This document shows, one piece after another, positions 1 to 10,780 of a DNA stretch of 27,749 nucleotides (positions are counted from its first letter, which is position 1; each line of letters begins with the position of its first letter). Location: positions 1 to 27,749 of the forward strand of contig JBHGNT010000408.1 of NCBI GenBank assembly GCA_043228905.1, read 5' to 3'. The DNA comes from Azolla caroliniana. Taxonomy: Eukaryota > Plantae > Polypodiophyta. The position numbers were made by a program, and so were the translations under genes. The notes beneath the pieces are model-generated. The model did no database searches. It had not been told where the DNA came from and saw nothing but the letters and a program-made list of their open reading frames with translations.

Positions 1-312
1 GTAGTGATTGAGTCACACACATGAGACTCTTGCATTCCAAAAGGTCTTGTGATTTGTGGTATTGTTGATCACATACTACAACAGCTACTTAGTTGAATTA
101 AAGAACACTAATTTGTGTTAAGGTAACAAGCTCAACCAAACACACCCCTCAAGGCACACACATGTTAGCCCACCATCGACTTAATGAATGGGAGATGCTT
201 TTACATCTAATAAACAGGATACCTTAGAAGATATTTCATCCACTTTCCCATTAGTACTAGATTGATTGTAACATGTATATTTACTTCCATAGAAGTTCTA
301 TACAAATCAAAC

Positions 313-763
313 TGTTATCCGGCCGGCAAAGGAGTTAAAAGACGAAAATGTGAAAGGGATGGTTATTCGGAATCTATTTTAATTAAGTGGAATAGATTAT
401 AATTATGTAGTGAACGGACGGACCGGAATCGGTATGCCGATCCGGATCCGGACCGGTTCCGAATAGGTGCCGGTTGGCACCGTTTTGTAGGCAGCACCGG
501 TGACCTATATAAAGGCCCGGTTACAATGTAAAACTTTAACGTAGAATTAATATAAACTTCTTGTTTTATCTTCACGTAATGGTTACCGTTCTGTATTAAT
601 TGTTATATCTTATGTGTGTATTAAGTGAATGCCTTATTGCTAAGTAGCCAATTAAGTCGAATTAATCGTTGTGTCTTAAGACATCTCGCCGTAACACCCC
701 TTTGGTGAAGTGTCTTCCGGAGACACCCTGTGTTAGGCCATTGTCTGGCCCTAAGGATTAACA
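313..763 (+). mobile_element. Solo LTR (451 bp) of an LTR retrotransposon
   Basis: Starts TGTTATCC and ends GGATTAACA (TG..CA, near-perfect terminal inverted repeat). Exact 5-bp TSD CAAAC at 308-312 and 764-768. TATATAAA at 506-513 suggests + orientation. No internal coding sequence. Confidence 0.85.
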
Positions 764-887
764 CAAACTCCCCACCCCCTCATATAAAATGTGGATTACA
801 GTTTACCATCTTTCAATTTGGAATGTTCTAACTTCTTGTCATGGTAAACTTCCCCCAAATATTTGCTAATGTACTATTGGTTTATAA

Positions 888-905
888 CTCTCTCTCTCTC
901 TCTCT
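888..905. repeat. (CT)n microsatellite
   Basis: Direct reading; abuts the 5' end of the LINE fragment. Confidence 0.95.
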
Positions 906-1331
906 TTGCGGAACAAGGAAATCGCACATCGATACATGTTAGAGCCCATACCGTTAACTACCATTCGAACCATTGCTTCCATGCGACTTAGCTCACATGC
1001 ATTGCATTGGGGCACAAGTGATGAGAGTGGTTGGCTATGCACGCTTTGCCCTAAACAAGTTCACGAGTCTGAGTATCACATTTTGATACAATGATCTGCA
1101 TTTGATCATATTCAACCATGCTTTCCACATCTCTTCGACCGAGCCCAATCCTTGCATGAATTTCTCTCACAACCACAATGTGCACTCTCGATTGCAACAT
1201 TCATTGGTAAAGTTCTTGAACATCGAGAATCACTACTCACTTTCACATGTATCACGTGAAATGTAATATTTTTGGTCTCATAGGTCATATTTGACCTCCA
1301 AAGACGATAATATAATCTATCTATTTGCCTA
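906..1331 (+). mobile_element. 5'-truncated non-LTR retrotransposon (LINE) 3' fragment, RTE-X/CR1-group-type C-terminal zinc finger
   Basis: Translation has MRLSSHAL..LCTLC..ESEYHILIQ* (R-L-S-S-H / CxxC / E-x-E-x-H motif), followed by a 3' terminal stem-loop at 1275-1305 and a CTAT-like tail. Clade assignment is tentative. Confidence 0.75.
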
Positions 1332-1371
<40 letters not shown>

Positions 1372-1374
1372 ACA
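1332..1374. repeat. Compound (TC)n(AC)n microsatellite
   Basis: Direct reading. Confidence 0.95.
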
Positions 1375-1639
1375 TAACCTTAACTTATTCATTGCCTATG
1401 TGTATTTGTTACTTTGTGGAACTATATTTACTAGTTCTTCACATTTTCAATGTTTACATTAACTGACTAAGAACGTCAACCATGTAACACTCGTCAAACT
1501 AGATGAATGTCAAGTAAATCAAGTTGTAGATGATATGTTGATTCTATGCTCGATTACTAACCATTGAGCTATAATGTGCATGAAACATTAGATTATGGTC
1601 AAGTAGGAGCAGGGTCGTGATCATTTTGCAATCATTCAC

Positions 1640-2080
1640 GTAGAATTTGAACAACAAATTCAATGTACAATGACATTGGAAAAAAGAAATTATACCTTAG
1701 TTTTTATGGCAGTATCTTACGATGCATCATGAAGAAAGTGTCTTGCATTCCATCAACCAAACCATTTTTCCATATCTTGTATCCAACCGGAACACAAAAT
1801 TGTACTTTTATGCATCATTTTTAGTTTTTTTGCTTGCTTCCCATGCAAGTCTAGGAAGTCGATGCGAGAAATTTTTTCGAACCTTAAGCATGTATTCAAC
1901 AACCCTTTACATGGCCATGATCTCAATGAGAAGAGAGAAAGAGAGAGTACTACTAGACACATTTTTGTGTATGACTTCGACATCAGAATTGATGACCATA
2001 AAATGTTTGTATTTGGTGGTCATGTGCATCAAGATATAGTCACACCTCTGGTGAGCCGTAGTCTTCACTTTGCATGAGAA
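1640..2080 (-). mobile_element. Degraded LINE ORF2 fragment (post-RT region)
   Basis: Frameshifted minus-strand translation IEIMAM*RVVEYMLKVRK..SHRLPRLAWEASKK / HKSTILCSGWIQDMEKWFG*W resembles the region between RT and the zinc finger in this LINE group. Boundaries approximate. Confidence 0.55.
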
Positions 2081-2469
2081 AGGATCTTCTAATCATGTGT
2101 GCATTTAATTAGTTACATCCGTCCACAGTTTTTCATGTGTATGCAAATACTCGTATGTATATATTCATAGAAATGGTTGACTCTTGTGAGTCCATATACA
2201 AATGTGTATAACTCTTATGTGGTTTGAAGAAGTGCCTTCTATGTGTTTATGTGTGGATATTTGTTTATATAAGCTCATATGAACACATTTGTGTGACTGT
2301 GTGCATGTGCGTGCCATATTTGAGTTTTCATGTTAATGTGTGTGTGCATGTATTTATGTGTGCAGTATATCTATGCATTGTGTTTATTTAGTGGGGATTG
2401 AGGGGGGAATTGGGATGAGTCCGAATGTGGAGCTTAGGTTTGGTTGAGGTTTGGAATAAATTCAAGCTC

Positions 2470-2635
2470 CTAGGATTCAAAAGGTCGTTAGACTCGAAGG
2501 CTCTTTAGAGTTGAAGGTTTTTCAAACTCGAAGGCTTCTTAGAGTCGACAAAAACATAGATTTGAAGGTTCTCAAAGTCAAGTGTGAGTTAGAGTCGAAG
2601 GCTCCTTAGACTTGAAGGCTTGTTAGAGTCAAACG
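2470..2635. repeat. 17-bp minisatellite, about 9-10 diverged copies (consensus TTAGA(C/G)TCGAAGGCTYY)
   Basis: Unit starts at 2488, 2505, 2522, 2539, 2556, 2572, 2589, 2606 and 2623. Confidence 0.85.
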
Positions 2636-3631
2636 AAGTTGCGCGTTGAACAGTAATTAACGGGTGAGATTAAGAACGTAACATGTGATTAGCTCATAGA
2701 ACATGAGATTACTAATGGATTTTAAGATATTAAGTCTAGATTATCCACTTTATAGGTTGAAAACGTTGGATTATGAAAGAAATTCCCTTAAAGCTCTCTA
2801 ATTCAAAAAAAATAGTGCTACTCTTTTAAGATGCAATCAACCTTCCACACATGGACAATTAACATTTTTTACAACTTATTTCATTGTTGATGAAGTGTAG
2901 TGATATTTTTCTCTCCATCACTGCTAGCAAGGTTCGAATGGTTGATATTGTTGTTATACTTACTAGTTAGGCCTTTCCATTCTGAGACGTGCTTTGTTCT
3001 TGATTATTATTTTATCCTCACTTTTCCTTGGGAAGCTTACTTTGACAATGATTATTGCCCTAACATAAAACCACCATTTGGACACTTTTCTCCCTTCGCC
3101 AACATGGCAATGGTGTCATATGGAAGTGTATTAGATCCTTGCATGCATGGGTGGAAGCATCGAGGTTTTGAACTATGACACAAATAAGATGTACAAAATT
3201 CAAGAAATAGAAATTGGACACAAGAAAGAAATGTTGAAGATTAGGGTGGGGAAAGTACATCAGCCACGACTTGGCATATGGTTGTTACCCTATTGGTATC
3301 CACATTGCTTCATAATCCATAAGTGCAAGGTTTGATGCTAGCACATTCTATTTACAAAATATAAAATGTTAATTATGCATTCACAAAGTGGTCTCTATAG
3401 ACATGAAATTTAGAAAAGTATGAGATTTAGAGGTGGTTCACACCGAGTGCAATTGGTAACATGACAATGGCCTGACCATGATAAAGTACAACAATAATCA
3501 TATTGTCACCCATATAAATCCTTTCGTGTCAAAAGACAACATTGTAAGTAATGCGAGTGGAATTAAGTAGCCCACAATTAAATATGCAAACTAAGTCATT
3601 GTCTATTCATAGATATATTTTGTTCATATTT

Positions 3632-4231
3632 GGGAAAGACTCAAGAATACCCCAAATGTTCTTAAGTTTTTGTTGTTTCCCTAAATAAATATCTTTAGTT
3701 AACCTCAAACATATAGAGAAAAGGGATTCATCCCCTCAAACATATATCCCTCAAACATATGCCTCAAACATATGTATATCCAAATGCTTGAGAGATGATT
3801 AACCAATTGAACTCGTGGCTATAACACAAGCATAGGGGTTTGTTCTTATGAATATATAGATTTTTAGAACCTTGCATTTGGTAATTGAGCCTAAGTGTTT
3901 GTATTCTTAACATTTGTCCATGGAACGAGAACGAAAAAAGCCACATATCTCTAGGTTTTTGTTGTTTTTACAAATGCCCCCGTCATAAATGTCACTCATT
4001 GTTTACTTTTAAAAAATGATAAGTGTCTGTAAATGCATCATGGTCATGGGATGAAAATATATAGTTTAATCATGGATGTGTCATGCATGGACTATGAATG
4101 GTCATGGGAAGTTAAATGCTTGCTTTTATAGGAACCTCTCGGGTTAAGTAAGAAGATTGCATACTACTTGCTTACCAAATGAATGCACCATTATTAATTA
4201 TATTCAGGAAGGGTATTTTCCATATTTTCCC
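3632..4231. mobile_element. Candidate old MITE / non-autonomous TIR element
   Basis: Left end GGGAAAGACTCAAGAATACCCC versus right end GGGTATTTTCCATATTTTCCC (imperfect inverted). Internal CCTCAAACATAT occurs 4 times at ~3702-3772. No TSD found. Confidence 0.3.
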
Positions 4232-5990
4232 AATAAACAAAAGAACACGATCTTTGCAATTTCAACCATAGACGAAACATAAGGTGATATGTCACTATTG
4301 CAACCTAGTGGAATATATTCTTAGAGAGATCATCATTTATTAGAGGTTTGTGTTTTGTCATTCGATGGACCAATTTAATTGTCTATGGATTTTTTGATAA
4401 GTCAATTTCAGCTTCTCTTCTTCTTCATTTTTTATGCAAGAAGCGAACATTCTTCCAAGATTCCCTTTAACGAAGAGTCTTTGTTCGATGAAATTTTATC
4501 ATTAAACTCGTGTCTCTCTTTGTAGGAACAAGAATGAATCATTACTTGACTTCAAAGACTAGCAAACCACTAGAACTCTTTGACAACAAATGACAAAAAG
4601 ATCATAATTCAATAAAAGATTGACTTAGATTACATACTGTCATGTGCTCCCCTCTTGATCCCCCAACATGGTAACCTCTACTAGAGACAATAATGGTTCT
4701 TTGTTTCCAATGTATTTATTGCCACTCAAAGAAAAGAGGACGAGACATTGAATTAAGCATTGACTGAGTAGTGATAAGAAACTTAAAGTCCACTAGAATC
4801 ACTATAGCGAGAGACAGATAAAGGGACACCAAAATGAATCCCAAGAGAATCACAATAAACCCTAAAGGAACATACATCTATACTTAACGAAGAATCCATA
4901 CCCAATCCTTGAGATCCATGTCATGAGCATATATATAAGTATAAATTTACTAGTTAACATGCTCTAATGATGTAGGTATCTATATGCACACCTATTATGA
5001 GTGTCATAACAACCCAATAAATCAAAATGGGAAACATATGAATAGGATGCAAAATGAGGAATCTCACATTGTACCCCAACCATCCATGCACATTTGATGG
5101 AACATCTCTACTCTCATTGATTTGAAATGTATCCACACTCTCAATTGTTATTTTTTGTTCCAAAAAGCATTCTTCAATTGCAATTATGGTTAGACCAGTG
5201 GAGTTTCCTCCTTCCTACCCACCCACTCAAGTAGTATTGTAGTGAGAACAAAGCGCTAACATGTGATATGAATCACTAATCTCATTTTGTACAACTCTTC
5301 GTCTGGTTTTAGTTGATCAAATAACAATCTTGAACAAAAATCAAAGACTTAAACTCATGCGTGCTTAAGTTTGTAGTAAAGGCCCAAAAATGAGCTTAGC
5401 CCCCTTAAGTTGGAGCATGATGCTACATACTTCACTTGCTTGCTTGTGGACATATGTTCCAATTATGACAAATTGGGCAATGATAAGTACCATTGAAGTG
5501 ATAGCAGATAAATGATAAGCATCAAGGTTTTGCAAATTGAAGCAAACTTTCAGTTTGAATAGATTACACTAACTATATAACCTTGGGTAGCAACATGCCC
5601 ATGAGATTATAAGTATGGCACTGAAGTTTGTCATATAATCTATAGTATGTAAATTTGAATAGATTGCACAAGTGCTATCCATGAACTGATAAGTAGTGTG
5701 GCCTTGAAAGTTGATACCCCTTTTGAAGCATGCCTTTGTACATATCTTTTTGCAAATTGAATACACTGCAGTATATATCTTGATAAGTAGTGTTAAATTG
5801 CTAGTTATATCACTGAGTTTACTTTGTCAAGACAATTAGCATATAAGAGATCAATAAAGAGCAATGTATTTCCAGTACTTGGAACATCTATAGACAGGAA
5901 ATGTGCCTCAGAGTTGCAGCTATATTTACACAACCCTTGAGGCTGATGATGATGATGATGATAATGCAAATATATACATATTGTGTATAA

Positions 5991-6547
5991 TTAATTAACT
6001 GGAGCGATTTGTCGTTGTCTTTGTAACTCCAAATTTGCCTTTAATATCTTCATACCTGATTCAATCCTCAGCTTCATCTTATGATAATCATGCCGAGAAG
6101 TCTCGAGGATTTGCAACTCCTTGAGCTGTGATTTTCTCTTTTCTTCTATTTCATCAAGCTTTAACCTTGCATTCTTCAAGTAGAAATCATCGTCTTCGAT
6201 CTTCTTTCGCTTCCTGGAAAGGATGTGTAAGAGATTGTTTGCATCGTTTCGAGCTTCTTCGGCGCGAGCTTGGAAAAGCTTCGATTCAGATTTCTTTGCT
6301 TTGACTGTGTCCATACAATGTAGATCTTCAATTTCTAATCGGCTAACATGAGATAATAATTCTTTCTTATTTTCCTCTTTCTCTCTGGAAAACACATGTT
6401 GGGCATCACTAGGCTTCCTTCCAGGGGAAGCCACTTCGGGAAGATGGTTTGTAGTATCGAGTGTGTAATCAGAGGCTTTACCAATCTGTTTTCCTGAGTT
6501 TGCAAGCTTATTTGTACAAGATTCCTCTAATTTGTTGTCATTACCCT
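5991..6547 (-). CDS. OBE: OBERON-family protein, terminal exon (Oberon coiled-coil)
   Basis: VKAKKSESKLFQARAEEARND..KIEDD..LKLDEIEEKRKSQLKELQILE..DYHKMKLRIE matches the OBERON C-terminal coiled coil. Acceptor TTCTTTGCAG ends at 6548 and its phase fits the upstream exon. Confidence 0.9.
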
Positions 6548-6876
6548 CTGCAAAGAATACATGTATACAAACCACTTAGCATTCTCATCAATGCCCTAAG
6601 GAAAGGCAAAGAGAAAAACATCCAAATACCCTAAACTTGATGGGTATTTAGCAGAATACCCTCAAGTTCTCCAAAAATACGAGGTACCCTGTTGCCATGA
6701 CAATTTGGTTGTACTACTCATGGGTATACTATTCATATATGGAAAGCTTAGGGGTAATTATGTGTTTTCCTCAACAAAAGAAAGAAAGAAACAGAGGCAA
6801 TTGTCTCTTTTACATGAACAAAAGAGTGCTTTCTAATCTACATAAAACAAAAGAGAAAATGAGGATGAGCTCTTAC
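6548..6876 (-). other. GT-AG intron (329 nt, phase 1) of the OBERON gene
   Basis: Donor AATG|GTAAGA at 6877/6876 and acceptor TTTGCAG|AG at 6548/6547. Splicing gives in-frame ...FFRN-E-GNDNK... Confidence 0.9.
6611..6772. mobile_element. Candidate MITE inside the OBERON intron
   Basis: GAGAAAAACATCCAAATACCCTAAACTT (6611-6638) is an imperfect inverted repeat of AAGCTTAGGGGTAATTATGTGTTTTCCTC (6744-6772). No clear TSD. Confidence 0.5.
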
Positions 6877-9490
6877 CATTTCGGAAGAATCGAAGCATAC
6901 TACCATGAACATGGGCAGTAGCATCATCATTGTGTTCAAGTATTTTCAGCATCTCCTCAGTTTTCCAGAAGAGTTGTTTCTCCCTCACATCCTCGCTCCC
7001 ATGAAAGATCCTCCGGACGCAATCCAATTCTTTAACCAATGCTTCGGCATCCCAAGTGTGTGCAAACTCAACGAATACACCCTTAACAAACCCAAACAAC
7101 TCCATAGAGTGACCACAAGCAGGGCATTTAAACAGTTTTTGAGAGGATATTCCTTCTTCTATTTCTCCTCCTCTTCCTCTAGCTCGAGGTGTAGCTGATG
7201 CAACCCTAATGTAAGACATTCTTAGGCTACAATCTGTATGGCACCAATGCATGCACATATCACATCCAACCCATCGCGAAGTATTGGTATCAGAATCGAA
7301 CTTCGAGCATACCATACACATACATTCATGGCAAAACCCACCTCTCTCACAACAAATCTTGCATTCACATCCATCCACAGGTAAGGATAGTTGACACTCA
7401 ACATTATGGCATCTCTTCTGTTGGAAAACCTCAATCAATGCCTTTATGCTCATTCTGTTTTTTGTGTTTTTATGGATAAATGCTTGCATACCAGTCTTGA
7501 GTGCAACAAGAATACAGAGTTGGGTCGGATGTGAGAGCAATAGCGTTTCTTCAGTAAGATCCTTCCTCTCTCTTATGATCCTCTGGAGGGTTAGAAACTC
7601 ATTCCTCCATGCAAAGCTACACAAAATCTCCATGACGGAATCCTTTAGGCTCTCCGCGAAGCTATCTGGGAGTTCTTGAAGCTTTTGTGCCATCATTGTG
7701 ACAGGCTCTGATGAGATTTCATGCAAAAGTCCAATCTTTTTGCAAGACATTTTACTACCTTCATCTACATATCTTTTCACAGGAATTGGATCAACAATGT
7801 CAAGAGATTGCTTACTCTTTACACTTTCTTGATCTTGAAACCTTACGACATTTTGTCCTAATTTGGCCTTCATTATCTTCTCCATATTCTTCTGAGTGAA
7901 GCTTGTAGAGCTTTTGCTAGGTTCACTAACTACGAAGGCTATTAACTCTTCTTCTTCACTTTGGAAGTCTTTGTGACTAGACCTATGAGAAAATGTCTGA
8001 GATAAAAGCTTACTTGCACTACCAAAAGAATTAGTCCGACAATCTTCATGCGAGGTGTACTGAAGAAGCGAGGAATTATTCTGATCATTCACCAAGGATG
8101 AGTGAGGAGGCATATCATAAGAGGATATGAATCCATCTGAAGGTATCTGAAAGAATCTTCTTGTGAAGTAATCTGTTTGGAGAGAATGATGTGTCTTCTC
8201 TGTTGAATGATAATGTCCTTGTTGCTGTTCTTCTTCTCCTCCTCCTTGTTCTTCTGTTGCTAATTTAATTGGAGATTGAGAGGAAAAACAAATTCCTGGG
8301 GGAGCAAGTGTGAGCTGAAGATACTCAGACTTACGACAATTTGTCGAAGGTTTTTCTGCTTTAATGTTGTCATCTTTCTCTGTCGCTTGACTGAAACTAG
8401 AAGATCTATTCTTTCTTGGAGTAAAATTCTTTTCATGTGAATGCAAACCCGTAGAAAGGGAGAGCATTAGCTCCTCTGAACCAGAATCATGGGGGATTTC
8501 TGTTTCAATCTTTAGTTGGTCCTTCTGGTCTCCATAGCTTCTGTCCACTCCCATTGCTATGCTGTTATCTATATCCATAGCATCCTCTTTACCTCCACGA
8601 ATGCTTCTTTCATCTGCTTTCTCTGGTTCATACTCATTGCTATGTTGTGTCTGAGCATGGAGGCTGGAGTGGCCCTCAGCTATATGGTTAGGAAATTCCT
8701 TCCTAGAAACTCCTCTGTTAGGTTTCTCTGCTTGCTTGATCTCCATTTTCTCTTCTATTTGCATTCTAAAGTGCACATTATCATTCTCTAAGTTTCCTAG
8801 CTCTAAAATTTCTCCATCTCTATCTCCATCTCCCTCTGGCTCTAGTTCTCCTTCTTCCCTTTCGCTTGCTTCTTCTGAAACAGGCCATTTCTTTGGTTCT
8901 CTGTTTCCAGCTTGCTCTGAAGCATTGCTATCTGGATATCCTTTCTGATCCGTTTTATCCTTCACGGATCCTCCTTGCCCCATTGCAGAAACATTCATTT
9001 TTGATGATGCTTCTTCCATGGCAGAATCCTGGGTCTTTGCCAGTGTTACGTCCAGTGAAGAATTCGATGTTCCTTCCGGTGTAGTTTCCTTACTCTTTGC
9101 CATTGTTTCTTCCACTGCAGAATCTTTAATAGGTGATGATGTTTTTTCCATTGCAGAATCCTTACTCTGTGCCATTGCTCCTTCCACCATAAATTCTTTA
9201 CTAGTTGATGATGTTTCTTCCATTGCAGAATCCTTGCTCTTTGCCATCGTTTCTTCTTCTCCTGAAAACCCATTGCTGATTGATGATGCTTCTTCCACTG
9301 AGGTTTCCTTACTCTTTTTTACCAGTGCTTCTTCCACTGATTCAGAATCCTTACTCTTTTCCATTACTTGATCCACTGAAGAATCACTACTCTTTGATGG
9401 TGGTGTTTCTTCCACTGGGGTTTCCTTGCTCTTTGATGGTGGTGTTTCTTCCACTGAGGATTCCTTGCTCTTTGCCATGATTTCTTCCAT
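6877..9490 (-). CDS. OBE: OBERON-family PHD-finger protein (OBE3/OBE4-like), main exon; 1056 aa if initiated at 9490 and spliced
   Basis: PHD_Oberon signature CHNVECQLSLPVDGCECKIC..GFCHECMCMVCSKFD..WVGCDMCMHWCHTDC..FKCPACGH.MELFGFVK, preceded by LQRII.ERKDLTEETLL.SH.TQL.ILVALKTG. Also an EEGELEPE motif and LxLxL motifs. Confidence 0.92.
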
Positions 9491-9560
9491 TGAAAAAACC
9501 TTGACCTTTAATGGCCTTTCCTCTGGTGCAGAATCCTTCGTTTGATGACCCTCACAGAAT
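8985..9560 (-). repeat. Coding tandem repeat of ~12-13 aa (SKDSAMEETxxK-like), roughly 14 copies
   Basis: SKESSVEETPPSK, SKETPVEETPPSK, SKDSAMEETSST, SKDSAMEKTSSP, IKDSAVEETMAK, TQDSAMEEASSK etc.; 36-39-nt DNA period. Confidence 0.9.
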
Positions 9561-10770
9561 CGCTCTCACTTTCCATTTTCCTCAGCAGAGCTTCCTCCAG
9601 CTCAGCGCTGAAACCATCTAGTGACATATCTTGAGTTTTAGCATCTCTTCTCCTTTCTGATCTCGCTCTTCTGGTAACATGAAGGAAAGGAAGATTAAGG
9701 ACCTCCATAGATTCTTTCTTACCACCTGTTATAACCTGTTCCTGGGGCTTCTTAATTGTAGAAGAAAAGCCTGGTTGTTTCGTGCGTTCTTTCTCCTTGC
9801 CCTGAACAATCGCTGAGAGAGATTTTGTAACGGAAGCAAGATTCCTGCAGGATATGGTTGTAGAAACTTCGCAGACTCTCCGTTTTTCCTTCTTGTTGGT
9901 ATCCTGATCGACAACATTGACCTCTGACAGGGATCGTTCTAAATCTATTTTTCTTGAAGGAATTAATTTGTCTGATGCTTTAACCCTAGTAGAGCCTCTG
10001 TCTAGAGGAATCTTGCTATGCCGAATGTTAGGATCTATCACACTGCTGTACTTCTGACGATGAGATACCTCGTGACGATCTTCTGTGGAAAAGCTTCTTC
10101 GTGAAGGAGAAGACGAAGCATAAACAGATCTGTTCGGGTTCATGGGTGCAGAAGTTGTTGTTGTAGTAGGAGTAGTAGTAGGAGTAGATCTGACAAATGT
10201 ACTCGAATTAATAGCAGATTTCGGACTGCAAACCCGAGTATTCCTCTGATCAGACTTGATATTCGCGTGATTTTGGTCAATAGACGATGTTCTTCGAGGG
10301 CTGATCAAAATACGATGATTTTCATGATTAGATCTGTTCATGACGGCGGTATTCTTCTGATCAGATTGATCCATGGTGGCATTTGTCTGACGTTGAACAA
10401 CAACAGATGAGCTCCTCCGAGGACTGATCAAAATGCTAGGATTTGACTGACATTCAGATCTGTCGATGATGGATTTCGTCTGATCAGATCTGACGATGAT
10501 GGCGTTTGTCTGATCGTGATCAATAATAGATGGTCGTCTGAGGGAGGAATCATGGCGAGAGTGCGGAGAAGTCTTAACAGATCCCTGTGTAGAACTATAC
10601 GGTTTAAGTCTGCACTGATTAGCTGACGCATACTCGGCGGGTTTTTCTGAGACCTCATGGATTGAAATTGGTTTGATGAGCTGACGGTGGAGAAGGCGAT
10701 GGTGGTGGTGGTGGTGATGAGGATGAGGATGATGGCGAGCACCTGTGTTAATCCAGCGATGGCTAGGCAT
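9508..10770 (-). CDS. 420-aa low-complexity basic ORF (poly-His, Ser/Arg/Thr-rich); probably the frameshifted N-terminal part of the OBERON gene
   Basis: 1263-nt open frame on the same strand, ending 17 nt before the ATG at 9490. The downstream frame is open back to 9565 and already reads as the repeat there (TKDSAPEE). Confidence 0.65.
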   Translation of the reverse strand: MPSHRWINTGARHHPHPHHHHHHHRLLHRQLIKPISIHEVSEKPAEYASANQCRLKPYSSTQGSVKTSPHSRHDSSLRRPSIIDHDQTNAIIVRSDQTKSIIDRSECQSNPSILISPRRSSSVVVQRQTNATMDQSDQKNTAVMNRSNHENHRILISPRRTSSIDQNHANIKSDQRNTRVCSPKSAINSSTFVRSTPTTTPTTTTTSAPMNPNRSVYASSSPSRRSFSTEDRHEVSHRQKYSSVIDPNIRHSKIPLDRGSTRVKASDKLIPSRKIDLERSLSEVNVVDQDTNKKEKRRVCEVSTTISCRNLASVTKSLSAIVQGKEKERTKQPGFSSTIKKPQEQVITGGKKESMEVLNLPFLHVTRRARSERRRDAKTQDMSLDGFSAELEEALLRKMESESDSVRVIKRRILHQRKGH

Positions 10771-10780
10771 ATCTTTACGG

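Noticed and set aside
733-750. TTAGGCCATTGT shared between the solo LTR and the LINE stem-loop at 24464-24475
   Set aside because: Only 12 nt with no flanking similarity; chance cannot be excluded.
764-781. PPT-like GAGGGGGTGGGAG on the minus strand next to the LTR
   Set aside because: The same 5-bp TSD flanks both LTR ends and no pol sequence adjoins, so a solo LTR is the simpler reading.
2900-3560. Short ORFs that might be a decayed gene or TE
   Set aside because: No motif I can recognise; needs a translated homology search.
6833-6876. C-terminus GKSSSSFSLLFYVD of the 885-aa ORF and N-terminus MVCIHVFFA of the 194-aa ORF
   Set aside because: Both are read-through into the intron 6548-6876.
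6905-9480. Several + strand ORFs and alternate-frame ORFs overlapping OBERON
   Set aside because: Antisense or shadow frames of a real coding region with repeats.
9511-9565. Programmed -1 ribosomal frameshift signal
   Set aside because: No in-frame X-XXY-YYZ heptamer in the overlap; kept only as an unexplained frameshift.
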